From: Bacteroidota bacterium
Lineage (GTDB): Bacteria > Bacteroidota > Ignavibacteria > UBA10030 > SZUA-254
Length of the DNA stretch: 64,000 nucleotides
Assembly (NCBI GenBank): GCA_044449065.1
Contig: JBIOHP010000004.1
Coordinates: 141,884 to 205,883 of the forward strand
Direction: 5' to 3'
Below, piece by piece: positions 58,998 to 64,000 of this stretch; the first letter of the stretch is position 1, and every line of letters begins with the position of its first letter. Both the position numbers and the translations under genes were made by a program. Below the pieces are notes generated by a model that did not search any database, was not told the DNA's origin, and was given only the letters and a program-made list of their open reading frames with translations.

Positions 58998-60335
58998 ATG
59001 ACTTTGATTGAAACACCTCCCGAATGGGGTTATATATCGTCAACAAGACAGGAAGAATTTAACGGGGGACTCAACACTCCCGAAGTTCAGTCATTTATAC
59101 GCAAAGCGAACGAAGAGTATCTGCACTGGGAGAAACTCAAGTATCTTCCGATGCCGGAGGGTATCGATCCGGAGCTGGCTTGGAGTTTTGTGAAGCTGTC
59201 TCGTTTTATGCAAGCAAAACCCACCGAAATAAAAACGCCTAATGGAAACAGATTCAAATATTGGCTGCCGGATAGTATTTTAAGAGAACTTCATTTTATC
59301 GATCAGACCGCAGCGGGACAAATTTTGGTAGAAGATCCGGCGTCGGTCGGCAGCGAGAAGGATCGATACGTCATAAATGCATTGATGGAAGAAGCAATTG
59401 CCTCAAGTATTCTTGAAGGCGCGGCGACCACGCACAAAAGAGCGAAGGAGATGCTTCGGGACGGGAGGAAGCCGGTTACGCGCGGTGAAATGATGATCCA
59501 GAACAATTATTTAACAATGAAAGAAATTAAAAACCGTCTCCGCTCAGAACTCTCCATCGAATTATTATGCGAATTTCAAGCGTCCATTACAAAGAATACG
59601 CTTGATGATCCGACTGGGAGCGGCAGATTGCGAAGAGAAGATGAAGACGTTCGCGTTTACGATCAGACGGATGGCGCCGTTCTCTATACGCCTCCTCCTG
59701 CAGAGGAGCTGAGGACCCGTCTTAAAAAGTTGTGCGAGTTCGCAAACACCTCTTCGGAGGATTCCTTTGTTCATCCTGTTATTAAAGCAATCATCCTCCA
59801 TTTCTGGTTGGCATACGAACATCCATTCGTAGACGGCAACGGAAGGACTGCCCGGACGCTGCTTCACTGGTATTTGGTTAAGAATAAATACCGGCTCATC
59901 GAGTATCTTCCGATATCCAGAATCATCTTGCGCGCGCCTTCAAAATATAAGATGGCATTTCTCTATTCGGAGCACGATGATGAAGACCTTACCTATTTCA
60001 TCCATTTTAATATTCATGCGCTTCGTCTCGCGCTCGACGATCTCAAAAAATACGTCGCAGAGAAGCAAAAAGAAATAGCGGAAGCGAGAACAATCGTAAA
60101 ACGCCTGCCGGGATTAAATTACCGACAGCAGGAACTTATTCATCATGCCCTTCATCATCCGGACGCAATATATTCTATCGTCCGCCATAAGATACTTCAC
60201 CGGGTAGTCTATCAGACTGCGCGAACGGATCTCCGGCAATTAGTCGCTAAAAAATTGTTGAGAATGGGAAAATCCGGGAGAATTTTATTATTCTATCCCG
60301 TTGCAGATTTAGCAAAAAAAATGAAAACGGGTTAA
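58998..60335 (+). CDS. Fic-family protein with internal inhibitory motif and C-terminal wHTH
   Basis: HPFVDGNGRTAR catalytic motif; SSILEG fits (S/T)xxxE(G/N); YQTARTDL..LV HTH. Confidence 0.92.
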   Translation: MTLIETPPEWGYISSTRQEEFNGGLNTPEVQSFIRKANEEYLHWEKLKYLPMPEGIDPELAWSFVKLSRFMQAKPTEIKTPNGNRFKYWLPDSILRELHFIDQTAAGQILVEDPASVGSEKDRYVINALMEEAIASSILEGAATTHKRAKEMLRDGRKPVTRGEMMIQNNYLTMKEIKNRLRSELSIELLCEFQASITKNTLDDPTGSGRLRREDEDVRVYDQTDGAVLYTPPPAEELRTRLKKLCEFANTSSEDSFVHPVIKAIILHFWLAYEHPFVDGNGRTARTLLHWYLVKNKYRLIEYLPISRIILRAPSKYKMAFLYSEHDDEDLTYFIHFNIHALRLALDDLKKYVAEKQKEIAEARTIVKRLPGLNYRQQELIHHALHHPDAIYSIVRHKILHRVVYQTARTDLRQLVAKKLLRMGKSGRILLFYPVADLAKKMKTG

Positions 60336-60347
60336 TAGCAACACCTT

Positions 60348-60369
60348 GGGGAGTAATTTCTTACTCCCC
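60348..60369. terminator. Hairpin between convergent fic and yjbQ genes
   Basis: GGGGAGTAA-TTTC-TTACTCCCC; no clear U-tract. Confidence 0.4.
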
Positions 60370-60780
60370 CATCACCGTCACAACAACCTCCCGTGTTCTT
60401 GCCCGGTTATCGAAATCGATCAGGATAATCTGCTGCCACGTGCCAAGAAGGAGTTTTTTCCCTGAAAATGGAATGGATAACGAGGGTCCGAGTAGCGCGG
60501 CGCGAACATGAGAAAATCCATTCCCGTCGCCCCAGCGTAAATTATGTTTGTACGTGGTATCCTGCGGAGCTAATTTTTCGATTGCGCGGCTCAAATCTTC
60601 AACCGCGCCGGGCTCGTATTCGATTGTGGTTATCCCTGCCGTCGATCCGGGAACAAAAGCAGTGACAATCCCATTGGCGATTTTTGAGCTTTCAAGAAAT
60701 TCTTGTACCTTATCGGTGATATTGTGGGTATCGTTAAACCCGCGTGTCTTGATTTGAAATGTGTTAGATTGTACTGGCAT
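60361..60780 (-). CDS. yjbQ: YjbQ/UPF0047 family protein
   Basis: GSTAGITTIE, HVRAALLG, LGTWQQI..DFD. Confidence 0.93.
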   Translation of the reverse strand: MPVQSNTFQIKTRGFNDTHNITDKVQEFLESSKIANGIVTAFVPGSTAGITTIEYEPGAVEDLSRAIEKLAPQDTTYKHNLRWGDGNGFSHVRAALLGPSLSIPFSGKKLLLGTWQQIILIDFDNRARTREVVVTVMGE

Positions 60781-60871
60781 AAATGGTTGGAAATATTAGT
60801 TTTTGAATTTTTTGGTTTGTCTAAAAAGTAATAATCGTAGTATGCCGTGCAGTGGTGAACGAGACTAAATG

Positions 60872-61012
60872 GCTGTGTGAAAACTCCGGTTCGTGATTTA
60901 AACTATATTCAAACTTTGTAATTTGCATCGATATAAGGAGATCGCGACGTCCGCCTCCCGCCAAAAAAACGGCGGGTAAAGCGGGCGGACTCGCGATGAC
61001 GTTTCACACAGC
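60872..61012 (+). mobile_element. MITE-like element, copy 3 (most intact)
   Basis: Perfect 11-bp TIRs GCTGTGTGAAA / TTTCACACAGC; same body as copies 1 and 2 but a different hairpin core. Confidence 0.8.
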
Positions 61013-61102
61013 ATCTGAATCTCGTTCAACTTGTTACTTTTTAGATATCCATTACTAAAATAAATTTACGTTATCGGATCATAAAAGACAACATCGAAGA
61101 AA

Positions 61103-61759
61103 ATGAAAATTCTTGCACTCACCGATATTCACGGCGCGTATCACATCGCTGAAAAAATTCTTCTTCATGAAAAACCCGATCTCCTTATCCTCGGCGGCGA
61201 TCTCACAAACGCCGGTACGCTGAAAGATGTTCAGGGAGCTGTTAAAGAATTACACAACCATTGCAAAAAAATTTTCTGCGTAGCCGGAAATATGGATCTC
61301 CCGCATCACGATGATTGGTATACGTCCGAGGGAATTTCGTTGAATGGGACAGGCATGATAATCGATGATGTCGGTTTTTTTGGCGTGTCCGCTGCGCCGG
61401 TATCGCCCCTTCGCACTCCCTACGAAATCACCGAAGAGGAAATTCTTCGCCGCATCGAAACGGGGTACCGCATGATTCAATCATGCGGGAGAATAATTCT
61501 CGTCTCACATCCTCCTCCGTATGGCACAAAAGTTGACATCGTTCATGCGGGATATCACGTGGGCAGCACTGCTGTGAGGGAATTTATCGAGGAGAAAAAA
61601 CCCGATCTCGTAATTTGCGGACATATTCATGAAGGAAGAGGTTATGATACAATTGAAAAAACTAAAATTGTGAATTGCGGATACGGTCACAACGGCTATT
61701 ACGCGCTCATCGATATCGGCAAGGATATACAGGTTAATATTAGACAATTTCCTCTATAA
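61103..61759 (+). CDS. Icc-related metallophosphoesterase
   Basis: TDIHG, GGDLT, AGNMD, SHPPP, GHIHE. Confidence 0.9.
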   Translation: MKILALTDIHGAYHIAEKILLHEKPDLLILGGDLTNAGTLKDVQGAVKELHNHCKKIFCVAGNMDLPHHDDWYTSEGISLNGTGMIIDDVGFFGVSAAPVSPLRTPYEITEEEILRRIETGYRMIQSCGRIILVSHPPPYGTKVDIVHAGYHVGSTAVREFIEEKKPDLVICGHIHEGRGYDTIEKTKIVNCGYGHNGYYALIDIGKDIQVNIRQFPL

Positions 61760-62047
61760 AGGCATTATCGTTATTTCTTAATCTCAGGGGAGGATAAACG
61801 GGGAGTATTTTACTCCAACCCTTTATATTTCAATCACATAAATCACCTTTCCAAAAAAATATTTTTTTAATCCTCAAAATTTCGGGATAAATCCCCACTC
61901 CCCCCAAAAAACCATTAAATCAATCTGATTTAGCCGCTTATTTGGGCTATTATTAATGATTAGAAGTGACGCAAATCATTAAAAATACATCATTTTTCAA
62001 GTTTTGCTTGACTTTTTTTCAAATTTGTATAAATTAATAGATATAAA

Positions 62048-62062
62048 GTGGGGAAAAGTGGG
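62048..62062 (+). promoter_or_regulatory. MraZ-binding direct repeats
   Basis: GTGGG-N5-GTGGG upstream of mraZ; TTGACT at 62008. Confidence 0.7.
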
Positions 62063-62127
62063 TAATTTTTAAACCGAGAAATCTTCGTTTCGAACGGTTT
62101 TTCTTCTAATTAGTATATAAAAATTTA

Positions 62128-62574
62128 ATGTCGTCCTTTAAAGGATCATACAGCTATTCTGTCGATTCCAAGGGCAGAGTAAATCTGCCTCTGAAACTGA
62201 GGAAATATGTTTCTCCGGATGCGAATGATACGTTCATTATCACGCGCGGTTTTGAGAAATGTTTATTCGTTTATCCGAGCGATGAATGGAGCCGGCTCGA
62301 GCAAAATCTCCGCACGCTCTCAACCTATAATGCAGACGATCGATTGTTTCTCCGGTTGCTTCATGAATGGGCGTATGAGAGCCAGCTTGACGCGCAAGCA
62401 AGAATTGTAATACCGCCGGAGCTTCGTGCCTACTCCGGTATTGGCGGCGAAGTGCGTGTTGTAGGCGTACTCGAGAAGATCGAATTGTGGAATCCGAAAA
62501 CGTATGAGGATTATAAAGCCGCGCAATCAGTAACCTATGAAGACATCGCTTCGAAGGTCATGAAACCCAAATGA
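62128..62574 (+). CDS. mraZ: Division/cell wall cluster transcriptional repressor
   Basis: DSKGRV..P, DAQARIVIP, VGVLEKIELW. Confidence 0.96.
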   Translation: MSSFKGSYSYSVDSKGRVNLPLKLRKYVSPDANDTFIITRGFEKCLFVYPSDEWSRLEQNLRTLSTYNADDRLFLRLLHEWAYESQLDAQARIVIPPELRAYSGIGGEVRVVGVLEKIELWNPKTYEDYKAAQSVTYEDIASKVMKPK

Positions 62575-62594
62575 TTCACCGATTTTTACAATAG

Positions 62595-63524
62595 ATGCAG
62601 CATGAGTTTCATACGCCGGTTCTCATGGATGATGTTCTTAAGTATCTCCCGGATTTCAACGAGGGCGTGTTTGTCGATGGGACTGCCGGCGGCGGCGGAC
62701 ACGCAGAAAAAATTTTAAGCCGCCTCGGCCCGGCATGTCGGCTCGTATGTTTCGATATGGATGATGAAGCGCTTACATACGCCCGCGCGCGATTACAGGA
62801 ATATGGCGACAGAGTTTTATTCATCAACGATAATTTCAAAAATTTACACAAGCGATTGCATGAGATCGGTGTCAGCAGTATGAACGGGTTGTTATTGGAT
62901 CTTGGCGTATCCTCGCACCAGATCGATAACGCCGACCGGGGTTTCAGTTTTCAATCGACGGAACGAATCGATATGAGAATGAACCGCCGGCAAACACTCG
63001 ATGGCTGGACGGTGATAAATTCCTATCCCCCCGAACAAATGTTCGAGATTATCCGTGAGTATGGCGAGGAACGGTTTGCTTCAAGGATCGTGAGGAATAT
63101 TATAAAAGCCCGGAGCCAGAATGCTATGACAACCGGAATTGATCTCGTCGCTGCGGTCAGGTCTGCGGTGGGAGGCAAAATCCTCCAAAAATCGCTCGCA
63201 AGGGTGTTTCAGGCGATTCGGATCGAAGTAAATAACGAGCTCGTAAATTTGCAGCAGGTCCTCGATCAGAGTATGGAATTGCTGGTTCAGGGAGGGCGGA
63301 TCATGGTCATCTCCTATCATTCATTGGAAGACCGGATCGTGAAACATTGGATCAAAAAAGGAGCCGAGAAGTTCATCAGGTCGGGTAATAAATTAGCGCC
63401 GGATGTTCCCGTTCAACCGCGTCTTCTGGAACTCACGCGGAAGCCCATTATTCCCGGCGAGCTGGAAGTACAATTAAATCCACGCGCGCGGAGCGCGAAG
63501 CTTCGCATCGCAGAAAGAATCTAA
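62595..63524 (+). CDS. rsmH: 16S rRNA m4C1402 methyltransferase
   Basis: HTPVL, DGTAGGGGH, DLGVSSHQ, FQAIRIEVN, SYHSLEDR, NPRARSAKLR. Confidence 0.97.
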   Translation: MQHEFHTPVLMDDVLKYLPDFNEGVFVDGTAGGGGHAEKILSRLGPACRLVCFDMDDEALTYARARLQEYGDRVLFINDNFKNLHKRLHEIGVSSMNGLLLDLGVSSHQIDNADRGFSFQSTERIDMRMNRRQTLDGWTVINSYPPEQMFEIIREYGEERFASRIVRNIIKARSQNAMTTGIDLVAAVRSAVGGKILQKSLARVFQAIRIEVNNELVNLQQVLDQSMELLVQGGRIMVISYHSLEDRIVKHWIKKGAEKFIRSGNKLAPDVPVQPRLLELTRKPIIPGELEVQLNPRARSAKLRIAERI

Positions 63525-63525
63525 C

Positions 63526-63960
63526 ATGGCAAGAATATCATCAACCCCCGTCGCATATCCGGTTCCTCCCGAATTGGATGATCATCGTATGGTGTACAAT
63601 GGAGATGAAACACCCCCGCCGGTAAATGAACCGCTGCGCCGGAACCGCCCGGTACGCCGAAAACAGCGCTCCCCGTTCCGGCCTATGTTCGTGCTGATGA
63701 TGATTTCGATTTTTATTGTCTTTTATATATGGAATAAAATTGCGGTAAACCGTCTTGCCACGGAGGTGAACGACCTGGAAAATCAATATCGAAAACTTGT
63801 GAACAGCAACGGTCTGCTGCAGGCGGAGATTACGCAAAAATCGAACCGGAACCGTATAGAAAAAATTGCCGGCGAACAGTTGAAAATGATTTATCCCAAA
63901 GAACAATCGTTATGGTTTGAAATCGATCAACCGCGCGTGAAGCAATCGCAGACAAATTGA
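63526..63960 (+). CDS. ftsL: Cell division protein FtsL-like
   Basis: One TM helix, coiled coil, RIEKIA..QLKM; position after rsmH. Confidence 0.8.
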   Translation: MARISSTPVAYPVPPELDDHRMVYNGDETPPPVNEPLRRNRPVRRKQRSPFRPMFVLMMISIFIVFYIWNKIAVNRLATEVNDLENQYRKLVNSNGLLQAEITQKSNRNRIEKIAGEQLKMIYPKEQSLWFEIDQPRVKQSQTN

Positions 63961-63961
63961 A

Positions 63962-64000
63962 ATGCAGAATATCCCCGAACAAAATACTAAGCAGCCGAAA
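63962..64000 (+). CDS. Start of next dcw gene, probably ftsI (3'-truncated)
   Basis: ATG 1 bp after the ftsL stop, open to the window end; identity from synteny only. Confidence 0.45.
   Translation, partial: MQNIPEQNTKQPK

Noticed and set aside
1-64000. CRISPR array, tRNA, rRNA, tmRNA, RNase P RNA, integrase or transposase
   Set aside because: No regularly spaced repeat-spacer array, cloverleaf/T-loop signature or recognisable recombinase motif was seen; a covariance-model scan would be needed to exclude weak ncRNAs

Overview
64 kb of mostly core chromosome from a Bacteroidota-related bacterium, probably an Ignavibacteria-like lineage. That assignment is inferred from a T9SS-type C-terminal domain, canonical sigma70 -35/-10 promoters and Shine-Dalgarno sites. 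Housekeeping blocks: the 3' end of pyrG; yceD-rpmF-plsX-fabH-fabD-fabG-acpP-fabF-rnc; pckA; mntR-mntH-usp plus a TonB-dependent receptor; yajQ-amidase; a translationally coupled mutT-mutY-ogg 8-oxoguanine repair operon; thyX, arfB, mfd; and the start of the dcw cluster (mraZ-rsmH-ftsL). Two AT-rich accessory patches stand out. The first (49.1-51.6 kb) holds a HEPN/zinc-ribbon gene divergent from a tandem DCD-DCD-PD-(D/E)XK-like nuclease gene, and is the best candidate for an undescribed anti-phage / modification-dependent restriction system. The second (57.6-60.3 kb) holds a duplicated mfd 3' end, a restriction-endonuclease-fold gene and a Fic gene. Intergenic DNA carries a three-copy MITE-like element with interchangeable hairpin cores that appears to target a specific palindrome, plus several GTAG-footed REP-like hairpins. 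An uncalled 48-aa ORF, an MntR operator and a LytTR-type direct repeat were also found. No tRNA, rRNA, CRISPR array or transposase was seen. All domain calls are by motif recognition by eye; no database search was run.
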